The position numbers and the translations under genes were made by a program. Shown here in pieces: positions 52,914 through 63,261 of a stretch of 64,000 nt of DNA. Numbering within the stretch: position 1 is the first letter of the stretch; each line of letters opens with the position of its first letter. The notes under the pieces were generated by a model. The model was given only the letters and a program-made list of their open reading frames with translations, did not search any database and had not been told where the DNA came from. This stretch comes from Planctomycetia bacterium (GTDB lineage: Bacteria; Planctomycetota; Planctomycetia; Pirellulales; PNKZ01), in contig JAIOPP010000100.1 in assembly GCA_021413845.1 (NCBI GenBank), positions 44,165 through 108,164 on the forward strand, given 5' to 3'.

Positions 52914-54218
52914 ATGAGAAACGTGAGCAAGTATGTCGTGTTGTGCCTTTCGACGCTCGCCTGCACGGCCCGCGCCGACGACTGGCCGCAATGGCGTGGT
53001 CCGACGCGCGACGACGTATGGCGCGAAACGGGGCTCATCGAGAAGTTTGCCGGCGAGCAAGTACCGATTCGCTGGCGCGTTCCGGTCGGTTCAGGCTATA
53101 GCGGTCCCTCGGTCTATCAAGGCCGCGTTTACCTTACGGATCGAATCGTCGAACCGGCGCAAATCGAACGAGTTCATTGCTTCGATGAAGCGAGCGGTAA
53201 GACGATCTGGAGCTACACCTACGATTGCCCCTATGCGAAAGTCGGCTATCAAGCGGGGCCGCGCGCGAGCGTCGGCTGCGACGAGGGGCGGGTCTATGCG
53301 CTCGGAACGATGGGGCATTTGCATTGCTTCGACGCCGCGAAGGGAACGGTCCTTTGGAAGCATGAACTGGCGCCGGAATACAAGATCGACATGCCGATCT
53401 GGGGCATCACGGCCTCGCCGCTCGTCGAAGGAGATCTGATTATCGTGCAGGTCGGCGGGGAGCATGCCTGCCTCGTGGCGTTCGATAAGCGGACCGGCGT
53501 CGAGAAGTGGAAATCGGTCGACGACCGCGCCTCTTATGCCGCGCCGATCATCGTCGAACAGGCCGGCAAGCGAGTGGTCGTTTGCATGACCGGCGACAAC
53601 GTGGTCGGGCTCGATCCCGCGACGGGTGGCGTCTATTGGACGGTGCCGTTTCCGCCGAAGAACATGCCGATCGGCGTGTCGACGCCGGTCGTGAGCGGCG
53701 ATCGGGTCTTCATGACCTCGTTTTACGACGGCTCGTTGCTTTTAAAGCTCAACGCGGAAACGCCGACCGCCGAAAAGCTTTGGCTCCGCGTCGGGGCGAA
53801 CGAAAAGAAAACCGATGCATTGCAGTCGATCATTGCTACGCCCCTCTTCCTCGGCGACTACGTCTACGGCGTCGATAGCTACGGGCAACTCCGTTGCTTG
53901 GAAGCGAAGACCGGAGATCGCGTGTGGGAAAACATCACGGCCGTTCCGCCGGGCCGCTGGAGCACGATTCACTTGACACAGAACGTCGATGGCCGGACGT
54001 GGATGTTCAACGAACGCGGCGAATTGATCATCGCGAAGCTTTCGCCGGCGGGATACGAAGAGCTGAGCCGCGCCAAGCTGCTCGCGCCGACCAGCGATCA
54101 ACTTCCGCAACGAGGGGGCGTCTGCTGGTCGCATCCGGCTTACGCGAATAAGCGCGTGTTTGCCCGAAGCGATTTGGAACTCGTTTGCGGCGAGCTGGCT
54201 GCCGAGCCGGCGAAATAG
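52914..54218 (+). CDS. PQQ-like beta-propeller repeat protein, secreted
   Basis: Signal peptide, ADDWPQWRGP, repeated xDxxTGxxxW blades, WSHPAYAN. Confidence 0.9.
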   Translation: MRNVSKYVVLCLSTLACTARADDWPQWRGPTRDDVWRETGLIEKFAGEQVPIRWRVPVGSGYSGPSVYQGRVYLTDRIVEPAQIERVHCFDEASGKTIWSYTYDCPYAKVGYQAGPRASVGCDEGRVYALGTMGHLHCFDAAKGTVLWKHELAPEYKIDMPIWGITASPLVEGDLIIVQVGGEHACLVAFDKRTGVEKWKSVDDRASYAAPIIVEQAGKRVVVCMTGDNVVGLDPATGGVYWTVPFPPKNMPIGVSTPVVSGDRVFMTSFYDGSLLLKLNAETPTAEKLWLRVGANEKKTDALQSIIATPLFLGDYVYGVDSYGQLRCLEAKTGDRVWENITAVPPGRWSTIHLTQNVDGRTWMFNERGELIIAKLSPAGYEELSRAKLLAPTSDQLPQRGGVCWSHPAYANKRVFARSDLELVCGELAAEPAK

Positions 54219-54246
54219 AGCCGCTGCGAAGTTTTATGTCGCCAGC

Positions 54247-54888
54247 TTACTTCTTCTTCCGCCGTTCCCGTTCGTAGCGAATCATGCAGCCGATCGCAAC
54301 GGTCTCGGCCGTCTTGGGCTTCTCGCCTTTGAGGACGGAGTCGAGCGCCGTTTCCAAGTAGCGGTTTTTGACGAGCGTGGCGCTGCTGTGATCGTCGAGC
54401 CCGCCCATATAGGCGATCTTGCGATTCTTATCGAGCACGAAGAACTCGGGCGTGAAGGTCGCGCCGAAATCCTTGGCGATCTTCTGCGTGTCGTCGTAGA
54501 GATAAACGAATGGGAATTTCTTCGCTTCGGCCCGCTTCTTCATCGAAGCGAGGTCGTCGGCGGGAATCTTATTCACGTTCACCGCCACGATCGCGACCTT
54601 CGCTTTCGCATCGGAATACTTCTTTGCCAAGGCCACGATTCGGTCCTCGTAGTCCGTTGCCACGTCGCAGCTGTTGCACGTGAAGCAGACGACGACGACG
54701 TCCTGGTCTTTCAGATCGGCCAGCGAATGCTTCTTGCCGTCGATGCCCGGCAGGTCTTTCCACTCCGGCGACTTATCGCCGACGTTGAGCACGGGATTAT
54801 ACGCACCGGCGCGTGCGACCTCATTCAACGAGGCGCCTACAAAGCAGAAGACGATCGCGAACACGAAGACGAAACGAAGACGCGACAT
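54247..54888 (-). CDS. Thioredoxin-fold (AhpC/TSA/redoxin) protein, secreted
   Basis: FTCNSCDVA CxxC, ATFTPEFFV, AIGC. Confidence 0.9.
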   Translation of the reverse strand: MSRLRFVFVFAIVFCFVGASLNEVARAGAYNPVLNVGDKSPEWKDLPGIDGKKHSLADLKDQDVVVVCFTCNSCDVATDYEDRIVALAKKYSDAKAKVAIVAVNVNKIPADDLASMKKRAEAKKFPFVYLYDDTQKIAKDFGATFTPEFFVLDKNRKIAYMGGLDDHSSATLVKNRYLETALDSVLKGEKPKTAETVAIGCMIRYERERRKKK

Positions 54889-54987
54889 ACGGAAGATTCC
54901 GAAGCGGAAGGGGGGAGGCGAGGGCGTAAGTGCGGCGGGGTCTTTATTCTAAGTGACGCCGCCAGGAATTCCAAATGCTCGTCGCGG

Positions 54988-56226
54988 CTATTGCGAAGTC
55001 CGGCTCACGGGCCTTTCCAGCACGAGAATCGTCGCCTCCGGTTTGCAGAAAAGCCGGAGCGGAAGTTTGCTGGATAGGCCCCGGCCGACGTGCAGGATCG
55101 TCGGCGGTTCGTGGAACGTGCCCGATGCGTAGCGCGTGCCGTAGCTGCTGGGAGCCAAGATCGGGCCTAGCGGCGGAAACTGGATCTGCCCGCCGTGTAC
55201 ATGGCCGGCGACCATGAGATCGAACCCATGAAGCCGAGCCCAAGGGAGTTGATCGGGGGAGTGCGAGAGGAGGATGCGAAACTCGCGGCCGTTGTTGCGC
55301 GGCGGGCAGTCGTCCATCGGAGCGGCCGGCTTGAGCCACGGCATGGCCGTCCCTGCGAGGACGACATCGATCCCGCGAATGGAAACGGTCGTGCGGCGGA
55401 TTCCGACGTCGATGAGCCCGGCGGCGATGAGCCGACGGCGCGTCTCTTCGTGATCGACTCGAATATCGTGATTGCCGAAAATGAAATAGACGCCATGACG
55501 CGCGCGGAGCTTGCCGAGCGTCGTCGGGATCCAGTCCCAGCAAGACTCGGTCTCCAGTAGGTCGCCGGTGAGGAGCACTAAGTCGGGCTCGGCTTCGTTG
55601 ACCAAGTCGATCGCTCGTTCGTAGTAGCGGCGGTCGATGATACCGGTCAGATGCACATCGGTGAGATGCGCGATCTTCAAGCCGGCCAGCTGAGCGGGAA
55701 GGCGCGGAGGCGCGATCCGTTTCGTCTGCACGGCGAGTTGCAGCACCTCGTTGAGCGGCAGCGTGGACATGAGCCGACCATAGAGGCTGTGCGTCGTCGG
55801 AGGAACGAGCGCGGGGCGCAGGTCGTGTACGACCGTGTCGTCGGATAAGAGCACGTCCGGGTCGGTGCGCTGAATTCGGCGCAAGAGCCACGGCAAGAAA
55901 CCGAAAAAGACGTTGATCGCGCACAGGTCGACGTAGATGCGCAGCTCAAACGGAAGCGGCACGTTCCAGCGTCCGAGTAGCGCCGTCACGTGCGCGAGCG
56001 AATTACCCGGCGTGGCAAGAGTCGGAGATAAATCTAAACCGCGGGCGACGATCCATAGCACCGCAGCGACGCTTCCCGCCGCAAGGCAAGAGTTGATCAC
56101 GAAGCCGAGAGCTTTGATCAGCCTTCGCGGCCAGGCTTGGGCATGGATATTGTTGCCGAGCCAGAGAAGCCAACTGATGTGTCCCGGTATCGAACCGAGC
56201 ACCAGGAGCACGTAGGGATCGTTCAT
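54988..56226 (-). CDS. Membrane-anchored metallophosphoesterase (YkuE-like)
   Basis: TDVH, TGD, GNHD, SHSPD, GHVHGGQ. Confidence 0.9.
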   Translation of the reverse strand: MNDPYVLLVLGSIPGHISWLLWLGNNIHAQAWPRRLIKALGFVINSCLAAGSVAAVLWIVARGLDLSPTLATPGNSLAHVTALLGRWNVPLPFELRIYVDLCAINVFFGFLPWLLRRIQRTDPDVLLSDDTVVHDLRPALVPPTTHSLYGRLMSTLPLNEVLQLAVQTKRIAPPRLPAQLAGLKIAHLTDVHLTGIIDRRYYERAIDLVNEAEPDLVLLTGDLLETESCWDWIPTTLGKLRARHGVYFIFGNHDIRVDHEETRRRLIAAGLIDVGIRRTTVSIRGIDVVLAGTAMPWLKPAAPMDDCPPRNNGREFRILLSHSPDQLPWARLHGFDLMVAGHVHGGQIQFPPLGPILAPSSYGTRYASGTFHEPPTILHVGRGLSSKLPLRLFCKPEATILVLERPVSRTSQ

Positions 56227-56326
56227 GCGACGTGCCGCCGTGCGCGATCCGCGCGGAAACGCGGATCGTGGAAGGAACGAGAACGCTCACCGAGCGCGCG
56301 GCGAAAATGAAAGCGACCGCCGCCCA

Positions 56327-58183
56327 TTATTTCACGATGAACTTCTCGACGGTGTCGAGAAGCTGATCTAGGCGGAACGGCTTGTAGAGAACCGCTTGCA
56401 GACCGGCTTGCCGAGCCTTGACGATCGAATGGCCCGGATCCCAGCCGAAGCCCGACATCAAGACGAGCGGGACGGGATTCACCAAATCGAGCAGCTTGAG
56501 CATGACGTCGTAGCCGGTCATGTCGGGCAGGCGAACGTCGGCGATGATGACGTCGTAGTGAGTTCCCTTCGCCATGTTGCGGACCATGCAGACGGCCTCG
56601 GCACCGTCGTGGGCGGTCTCGACGATGCAACCGTAGCGCTCGAGCAAATGATGTGCGGCAGTGCGAACCGATTCGTCGGCATCGGCCACGAGGATTTGCT
56701 TGCCGCGGAGTTTCGGTCGATCGGGACCCATCGTCCCTTGCGGCAGCGCTTGGCTCGGGGCCATCTTCTGACCGACCTTCTGGATCACTTGCTTGATGTC
56801 GCGCGCGTTGCGGAGGATGCGCTGCAGCCGTTCGGCGACATCCGGCTCGTGGCCGATATAACGCTCCATGATGTTCACGGCGTCGTTCAGGATGTCGTCG
56901 ACCGGCAGGGCCACGGCACTATGAATCGCTTCGACGCTCATCGCCGCCGCCCCGGCGCGCTCGACGACCAGCAACTCCAGCGTGTTCAAAGCGACGGCCA
57001 CATCGCGGGCGAAGATCTCGAGAAACTGTTGATCGCTGTCGCCGAAGGCGTGCGGATCGGGACTTTCGACGTTGAACGTGCCGATCACTTCTTCGTGCAG
57101 CATGAGCGGCACGGTGAGCGAGCTCCGGCCGCCGTGCGCCCCTTCGATATAGAGCGGGTCGCTCGTGGTGTCTTCGCAGATATAGCTCTTACGAGTTGCG
57201 GCAACGAAGCCGGTCACGCCGTTGCCGCGCGGTTCGGCGAAGAGCATTCGTTGCGAGGCTTCCGACGACATGCCGACGGCGAGCAGCGGCTCGAGCTTAC
57301 CGGTCTTGGCGTCGAGAAGGCGAATCTCGATGATGTCGAAATTCAGCAGTTGGCGAGCGTAGAAGAGAATGTTTTCCTTGAGCAGTTCGATTCGCTCGTC
57401 GATCGTCATCCGGAAAAGTTCTTCCGGAGAGAGATTGGCGAGTTCGACGCCGGCCTTGTGGATCGCGGCGAGTTTCTGCTGCTGCACTACTTCGAGCGTG
57501 ACGTCGCGCAGCGTGACGATCAGGTGTCGCGAAGAGCCGTCGCCCAGGGGGGCGGCGTGAACGCGAAAGAAGTCTTCGCCGGAGTGAAGCGTCGAGCTAC
57601 TCGGCCGGCCGGAAGCGCGGGCCGTGTTGAAGGGGCACATGTCCGGTCCGAGAATTTCCGGACCTTTCAAGGCAGCGTAGAAACCCTGCCCTACGAGCGA
57701 TTCGTTCTTCGTCCATTCGCAAAGACGTTGATTGCACCAAACGATTTTGTTCTCGGCATCGAGCACGACGACTCCGTCGGGCATCGAACGCAACATCTGC
57801 TCGTATTGGGCCGTTTCGCTCACAGTCCGCTTTCCCACTGACGAGACTGCCGGCAACCCGACGGCGGGCGGCATGAGCGGAGGCGAAGCAGGCGATAGAG
57901 CCGAGCCCGCAACGGCCACGGTTGCCGAAGGCGCCGCCATCGCCGGGAAACCGGCATCGGTCGGCTGCTGTAGAGGGCATTCGGCTTTGGGGTCATCGGC
58001 ATCACTGCGAACGGCACTACCAGCACCCGTTTCACTCACCGGCTTGGAAAGCTTCGCGTTCGAACTCGTCGCTTCGGATCGACGCGGCGGGCTATCGGCT
58101 ACCGCCGATGCGCTGCCGGCATTCGCTTCTCCGACTATCGAGCTCTTAGTCTTGGCGCTCAAAGCATCGTCTCCGAAGGGCAT
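56327..58183 (-). CDS. PAS-GAF-helical-REC signalling protein
   Basis: MPDGVVVLD PAS; VIGTFNVES GAF; ILVADAD...ADVRLPD...KPF receiver. Start uncertain because of an N-terminal low-complexity stretch. Confidence 0.85.
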   Translation of the reverse strand: MPFGDDALSAKTKSSIVGEANAGSASAVADSPPRRSEATSSNAKLSKPVSETGAGSAVRSDADDPKAECPLQQPTDAGFPAMAAPSATVAVAGSALSPASPPLMPPAVGLPAVSSVGKRTVSETAQYEQMLRSMPDGVVVLDAENKIVWCNQRLCEWTKNESLVGQGFYAALKGPEILGPDMCPFNTARASGRPSSSTLHSGEDFFRVHAAPLGDGSSRHLIVTLRDVTLEVVQQQKLAAIHKAGVELANLSPEELFRMTIDERIELLKENILFYARQLLNFDIIEIRLLDAKTGKLEPLLAVGMSSEASQRMLFAEPRGNGVTGFVAATRKSYICEDTTSDPLYIEGAHGGRSSLTVPLMLHEEVIGTFNVESPDPHAFGDSDQQFLEIFARDVAVALNTLELLVVERAGAAAMSVEAIHSAVALPVDDILNDAVNIMERYIGHEPDVAERLQRILRNARDIKQVIQKVGQKMAPSQALPQGTMGPDRPKLRGKQILVADADESVRTAAHHLLERYGCIVETAHDGAEAVCMVRNMAKGTHYDVIIADVRLPDMTGYDVMLKLLDLVNPVPLVLMSGFGWDPGHSIVKARQAGLQAVLYKPFRLDQLLDTVEKFIVK

Positions 58184-58707
58184 GAACGGCCCGCGACACG
58201 TTGCTCGTCTGAGTGACGAACCTATGTCGCCTCGTCATTCCCTGTCATCCCGATCGTATAAGGAATTATACGACGCACGATTACGCGGAACAACGAAAAT
58301 GCACAGCCTCTAACAGCATCGACGTTTCTTACGCCACACTTTGGAAACCTCATGGAATGGGCAGAGTTTTCCGGTCGTGGCGGCTCGAACGGCGCTGCTC
58401 GCCGGTTCAAACGTTACACAACTTGGAATGGTTTCCGCAACCGGGTTTCTCTTTCCGCGCGACGCACGATTCGACATTGACGACCGAAACTTAGCATTGA
58501 AAAAGAGGAGCCGTTGCCGCTCGCCGGTCGCCGCGAACATACAACCGAGTCGACCGTTACGAGTCGTATTTGCCGGCATCTGTCGATGATCGGGGCTCTC
58601 AATGTCGACAAGATAAAAGAGTCGGACTCGATCGAACTCCGCTGGACCGTGCTATTTGCAACGGTGCGGCCGGCTTGCGTTCCACGAAACCGTCGGAGAC
58701 CGTAGAA

Positions 58708-58941
58708 ATGTGGCGTTCGCTCTTCGTGGCCGTAGGATTGTACGCAGTCCTTTTGGGGGTGGAGTGCTTGCTGATCGACAAAGCAGTGCTCGCGCGGCGC
58801 GAAAGCGCAGCTCCCGGAATGGAGCAAAAAATCGGTCGCAATCGGGAGTATTCCCCGCCCGATTGGGCCCCTTGGAGCCTCATGTCGACCGGCGCCGTGA
58901 CGGTGCTGTATTCCTTCACGCTGCCGAAACGGGGCGGCTGA
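58708..58941 (+). CDS. Small membrane hypothetical protein
   Basis: GGAG RBS; MWRSLFVAVG...PPDWAPWSLMSTGAVTVLYSFTLP, two hydrophobic segments. Confidence 0.7.
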   Translation: MWRSLFVAVGLYAVLLGVECLLIDKAVLARRESAAPGMEQKIGRNREYSPPDWAPWSLMSTGAVTVLYSFTLPKRGG

Positions 58942-59053
58942 GTCGACTGCCGGCACTACCGGAATGCAACGGCTCGCCTAGTCGGTTCGATGTACTCGTC
59001 GAGCGAGACACTTATCGACCTCGCGTAGAACACGGTTTCTTAGAACTCGTCGC

Positions 59054-60889
59054 TTAGTCCGCTTTGCGAAGCGCGTTGAAGTATTGCTTCTTCTGTTCGC
59101 GGCGTGAACGATCGAGCGCTTGGCTTTCTAGCGTCTGCGCTTCTCGACCTGCCGAGACCGCTTGTTCTTGGTTGCGAATCGCTTCGAGCGCTTTGCCTTT
59201 GGCGTTGGGACCGTCGGTCGGGCCGATGATGCGAAACGCGCCGGTGCCGATTTGCTGCTTCACGCGCGAGTCGAATGCCGCCGTTTGACCTGGGGCTTCG
59301 CCATCGAGGCCGTTGCCGACCCCTTGGCCCGGCTGATTTCCTCCTTGGTTTCCTGCACCTGGTCCTTTTTGTCCCTGACCTTGTCCGGCCATGCCTTGCC
59401 CTGGTTGCCCCTGACCCGGTTGTCCTTGGCCCGGTTGTGCTTGGTTGCCGCCGTTTTGTCCGGGCGCGCCGCCTGGTTTCTTTCCTTCTCCCGCCCCCGG
59501 TTCTTGGCCTTGTGACATGCCCGACTTACATTCGGCGAGATCTTGCAAGCCGCGGTCGAGCAGTTGGCTCTCGCTCGCTTGCTTCGCGAGTTGATCGAGC
59601 TGCTTTTGCAAGTCGTTCAACGCTTGCGAGGCTTCGTTTCCCTTGCCGCTTTGCATCCCTTGCGATGCTTGCTCGAGCGCCTCTTGCAGGCCCGCGAGCG
59701 ATTGCTGTTGCGCGGCCATTTGCGAAAGCTTCTCTGCCAATGCCGAGGCGTCGAGTGCGCCCGGTTGCGATCCGGCACTCGCCGACGGTTCGGAACCTTT
59801 GCCGTCTTTCTTTTGCCCTGCTCCGTTCTTTCCTTCGCTCGAGCTTTCCGCTTGCTTCTGTTTCGCGGCGAGTTGTTGCTCGGCTTCTTTACGACGTTCT
59901 TCTTGCGCCTGGGCCAGTTGTTCCATTTGCTTTTGCAATCGATCCAACTGCTCGGCCATTTGCTGCTTCTGCGCAGGATCGAGCTTGCCCGACTCTAGTT
60001 CTTTGCGCAATTGCTCGACTTGTTCCGCGGCGCCGCGGAAATTTCCTTCTTGGATCGCGTTCGTCAACTTCTCCGACGCACCAGGATTCTTCGACCGTAG
60101 CCGACTCAATTGCTTCTTGAGTTCTTCGGCTCCCGACACTTGTTCGCGTCGCTCTTGAATTTGCTTCGCGAGGTCGTTGAGCTTGACGAGCGATTCTTTT
60201 TGATCGACCTCGGCCGCTCCCTTGATCTTGCGGGCCTCGTCTTGCAATTTCTCCAGTAGCTTTTGCGCTTCGACGAGCTTGAGCTTCTCCGCTTCCAGCT
60301 TTTTGTCTTCTAGTTTTTTCTCCAACGTTGCCGCCGTCTCTTTCATTTGCGCCTGCACTTGCTTCGCGGCGGCAGCCGCCGGTGCCACCGGAGGAACGGC
60401 CGGCGAAAGCGATAGCGCGACGACAACAGCAGTCGCCAGCGGCACCAGAGGCCACGCCAGCCGGCGCGACGAAACAAGCGGGAACGAGGCGCGTACGTCG
60501 AGGTTGGCGATGGCGCGCTCGGCATCGGCTTCGACTGCCCGCCGCGCGGCACCATCGGCCGCGACGTCGGAGCCTGCGATCGACCGCAGCGCCAGCGCCG
60601 TGGAGACTCGTTCGTCGAGTCGGCAGCGTCGGTCAAGTTCGACGGCCGCCGCCAGTTCATCGTGGCTCGTCGCTCGTCCGGCGATCAAGGTCGCAAGCAG
60701 CGCAATAATCGCGGCGATGCCCAGCACGATCGGCCATGAGATTCCGAGCGGAAAGTATTTGTCGACGACGATGACACTCGCCGCGATTCCGAACGCGAGC
60801 GTGGCGATCCAAGGAAAGAGCGCGACGACCCGTTCGAGAAAGAGTCGGCGTCTCGCGATCGACAATTGCTTGGCAAGAGATGCATTCAT
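59054..60889 (-). CDS. Membrane-anchored coiled-coil protein with G/Q-rich tail
   Basis: N-terminal TMs, LDERVSTAL, long E/K/Q coiled coil, QPGQG repeats, C-terminal KQYF. Confidence 0.75.
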   Translation of the reverse strand: MNASLAKQLSIARRRLFLERVVALFPWIATLAFGIAASVIVVDKYFPLGISWPIVLGIAAIIALLATLIAGRATSHDELAAAVELDRRCRLDERVSTALALRSIAGSDVAADGAARRAVEADAERAIANLDVRASFPLVSSRRLAWPLVPLATAVVVALSLSPAVPPVAPAAAAAKQVQAQMKETAATLEKKLEDKKLEAEKLKLVEAQKLLEKLQDEARKIKGAAEVDQKESLVKLNDLAKQIQERREQVSGAEELKKQLSRLRSKNPGASEKLTNAIQEGNFRGAAEQVEQLRKELESGKLDPAQKQQMAEQLDRLQKQMEQLAQAQEERRKEAEQQLAAKQKQAESSSEGKNGAGQKKDGKGSEPSASAGSQPGALDASALAEKLSQMAAQQQSLAGLQEALEQASQGMQSGKGNEASQALNDLQKQLDQLAKQASESQLLDRGLQDLAECKSGMSQGQEPGAGEGKKPGGAPGQNGGNQAQPGQGQPGQGQPGQGMAGQGQGQKGPGAGNQGGNQPGQGVGNGLDGEAPGQTAAFDSRVKQQIGTGAFRIIGPTDGPNAKGKALEAIRNQEQAVSAGREAQTLESQALDRSRREQKKQYFNALRKAD

Positions 60890-61094
60890 CGCATTACGGT
60901 CCTTGGTCGTCACCGAAGCCGAAAGATCGACTTCGTATTAGTTTACCGTTTTAGCTTGCCTAGGCCATAAAATACGAAAGAAGATCGGTCTGACCCGAAG
61001 CTTGCGGACGACGTATACTAATAGAGAGGAAGAAACTCACGGTTGTCGCCGTGAGCCTCCTTCCCTACGACGCGAGTTGGAAGAGGTTGGTTCC

Positions 61095-61550
61095 ATGGCA
61101 GTCATGCAAACACCGGGGCAGACAGCAACGGGCCAACTCCCGTCTCCGGCCGATCATCCGCAGGCCGACGTCTTGATCTACGACGGCGACTGCAAATTCT
61201 GCACGGCCAGCGTTCATAAGCTCCATCAAGCCGATCGTCGCAGACGGCTGACGTTTATTTCCTTGCACGATCCCGAGGTGCAGGCCCGTTGGCCGGACCT
61301 GAAGCACGAAGATCTGATGCGGTATATGTATGTCTGCACGGCCGATGGTCGGAAGTTTCACGGAGCCGAGGCGTTTAAGTATCTCAGTACGCGATTGCCG
61401 CTGCTCTATTGGATGGCACCGGCCCTCTACTTCCCGGGCCTGATGCCGCTCTGGCAAGCCTGCTATCGCGCGTTCGCGAAACGCCGATATCGCTGGGGAC
61501 GGATCGAGAGTTGCGAAAACGGCACCTGCAAGATCCCGGCCCGAAAGTAG
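61095..61550 (+). CDS. DCC1-like thiol-disulfide oxidoreductase (DUF393)
   Basis: YDGDCKFC, YRAFAKRRYRWG. Confidence 0.88.
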   Translation: MAVMQTPGQTATGQLPSPADHPQADVLIYDGDCKFCTASVHKLHQADRRRRLTFISLHDPEVQARWPDLKHEDLMRYMYVCTADGRKFHGAEAFKYLSTRLPLLYWMAPALYFPGLMPLWQACYRAFAKRRYRWGRIESCENGTCKIPARK

Positions 61551-61696
61551 CTCGTGTTTCCTTCGGCTGCGAGGCCCTCGTCGACGCGCCGTTTCTGCGT
61601 ATAATCGGCGACGGCGTTCTTCCGGTTTCTCACTGCTCAGTAGGCCCGATTGTCATCGGGTCCGAGTGGTTTATTTAGATCATCGTGATTCGAAAC

Positions 61697-63118
61697 ATGA
61701 CTCAATTTCGCATTGAAAAAGATTCGATGGGGGACGTGAAAGTTCCCGCTCAGGCCTACTACGGCGCGCAAACGCAACGAGCCGTCGAGAACTTTCCGAT
61801 CTCCGGTAAGCCGCTCCCGAAACAATTGATCCACGCAATGGGCCTCGTCAAGCTCGCGTGCGGCATCGCAAATCGCGATCTCGGCAAGCTTACCGGCACC
61901 GGGAAGAATCCGCTGAACGATGCGCAGGTCAAGGCGATGCTCGCCGCTTGCCGCGAAGTCTCCGAAGGAAAGTACGACGGCGAGTTTCCGATCGACGTCT
62001 ATCAGACCGGCTCGGGCACTTCGAGCAATATGAATGCCAACGAAGTGATCGCGAACCGTGCGATCGAAATGATGGGGGGAGATCGACTCGTGGCCGCGAA
62101 GCCGATTCACCCCAACGATCACGTCAACATGGGCCAGAGCACGAACTGCACGTTTCCGACGGCGATTCATGTCGCCGTGGCGATGGCGATCGTGAAGGAA
62201 TTGATTCCCGCTTTGGGGCGTCTCGGCGATGTGCTGACGAAGAAAGCCGCGGCCTGGGACAAGATCATCAAGATCGGCCGGACTCACTTGGCCGATGCCA
62301 CGCCGCTGCGGCTGGGTCAGGAAATCGGCGGCTTTGCCCGACAGATCGAGCAATCGATTCATCGGGCCCGCCGCGCTGCCGATGCCGTGCTGGAACTCCC
62401 GGTCGGCGGCACCGCCGTCGGAACGGGCATCAATACCCATCCCGAGTTCGCGGCGCGCACGAGCGCCGCGCTGGCGCAGGAAACCGGCATCCCGTTTATC
62501 GAAGCGGTCAACCACTTCGAAGCGAATGCCCAACGCGACGGCCTCGTCGAATGCCACGGTCAACTCAAGACGGTCGCCGTGACGCTGTTCAACGTCGCCA
62601 ACAACATTCGCTGGCTTGGCTCCGGCCCTCGTTGCGGTTTCTATGAGCTGATTCTTCCCGATCGCCAGCCGGGCAGCTCGATCATGCCGGGCAAGGTGAA
62701 CCCTGTGATGTGCGAGAGCATGATGCAGGTGACGGCGAAAGTCATGGGGAACGATCAGACGATCTCGCTGAGCGGTGCGACCGGCGGTCAGTTCCAACTC
62801 AATATCATGATGCCCGTCATGGGCGACACGACGCTCGAAAGCATCTCGCTCTTGTCGCATTGCACGAACGCGTTCGTCGAGTTCTGCGCGGAAGAGATGG
62901 AGGCAAATGAAGCACAGTGCAACGCCAGTATCGAGAAGAGCCTGTCGATGGTTACCAGCTTGAACCCCTACATCGGCTACGAGAAAGCCTCGAAGCTCGC
63001 GAAGGATGCGTTTAAGAGCGGCAAAACGATTCGCGAACTCTGCACGGAACAAAACATCCTGCCGCCGGATCAGCTGGAAAAAGCCCTTGATCCTTGGGCG
63101 ATGACGGAACCGGGGTAG
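61697..63118 (+). CDS. fumC: Class II fumarate hydratase
   Basis: RIEKDSMG, QTGSGTSSNMNANE, HPNDHVN, GSSIMPGKVNP. Confidence 0.93.
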   Translation: MTQFRIEKDSMGDVKVPAQAYYGAQTQRAVENFPISGKPLPKQLIHAMGLVKLACGIANRDLGKLTGTGKNPLNDAQVKAMLAACREVSEGKYDGEFPIDVYQTGSGTSSNMNANEVIANRAIEMMGGDRLVAAKPIHPNDHVNMGQSTNCTFPTAIHVAVAMAIVKELIPALGRLGDVLTKKAAAWDKIIKIGRTHLADATPLRLGQEIGGFARQIEQSIHRARRAADAVLELPVGGTAVGTGINTHPEFAARTSAALAQETGIPFIEAVNHFEANAQRDGLVECHGQLKTVAVTLFNVANNIRWLGSGPRCGFYELILPDRQPGSSIMPGKVNPVMCESMMQVTAKVMGNDQTISLSGATGGQFQLNIMMPVMGDTTLESISLLSHCTNAFVEFCAEEMEANEAQCNASIEKSLSMVTSLNPYIGYEKASKLAKDAFKSGKTIRELCTEQNILPPDQLEKALDPWAMTEPG

Positions 63119-63170
63119 GCAAAATGCAGAAGTAGAAATGCAAAATGCAAAACTTCGGAGGCGTTTTGCG
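63118..63170. repeat. Heptamer repeat element C
   Basis: GGCAAAA TGCAGAA GTAGAAA TGCAAAA TGCAAAA, with short inverted arm GCAAAAC/GTTTTGC. Confidence 0.8.
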
Positions 63171-63261
63171 CTTTCGTGGTTTAGCATAAGGGCCTTCCGC
63201 TGCGAGTGCGTTGCGGTCGACCTGCTGCGCTTGGCCCCTTTCTCTAATTTGAGACTTTGCC

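Noticed and set aside
59330..59520. QPGQG repeats
   Set aside because: An ordinary G/Q-rich low-complexity linker common in such coiled-coil proteins.
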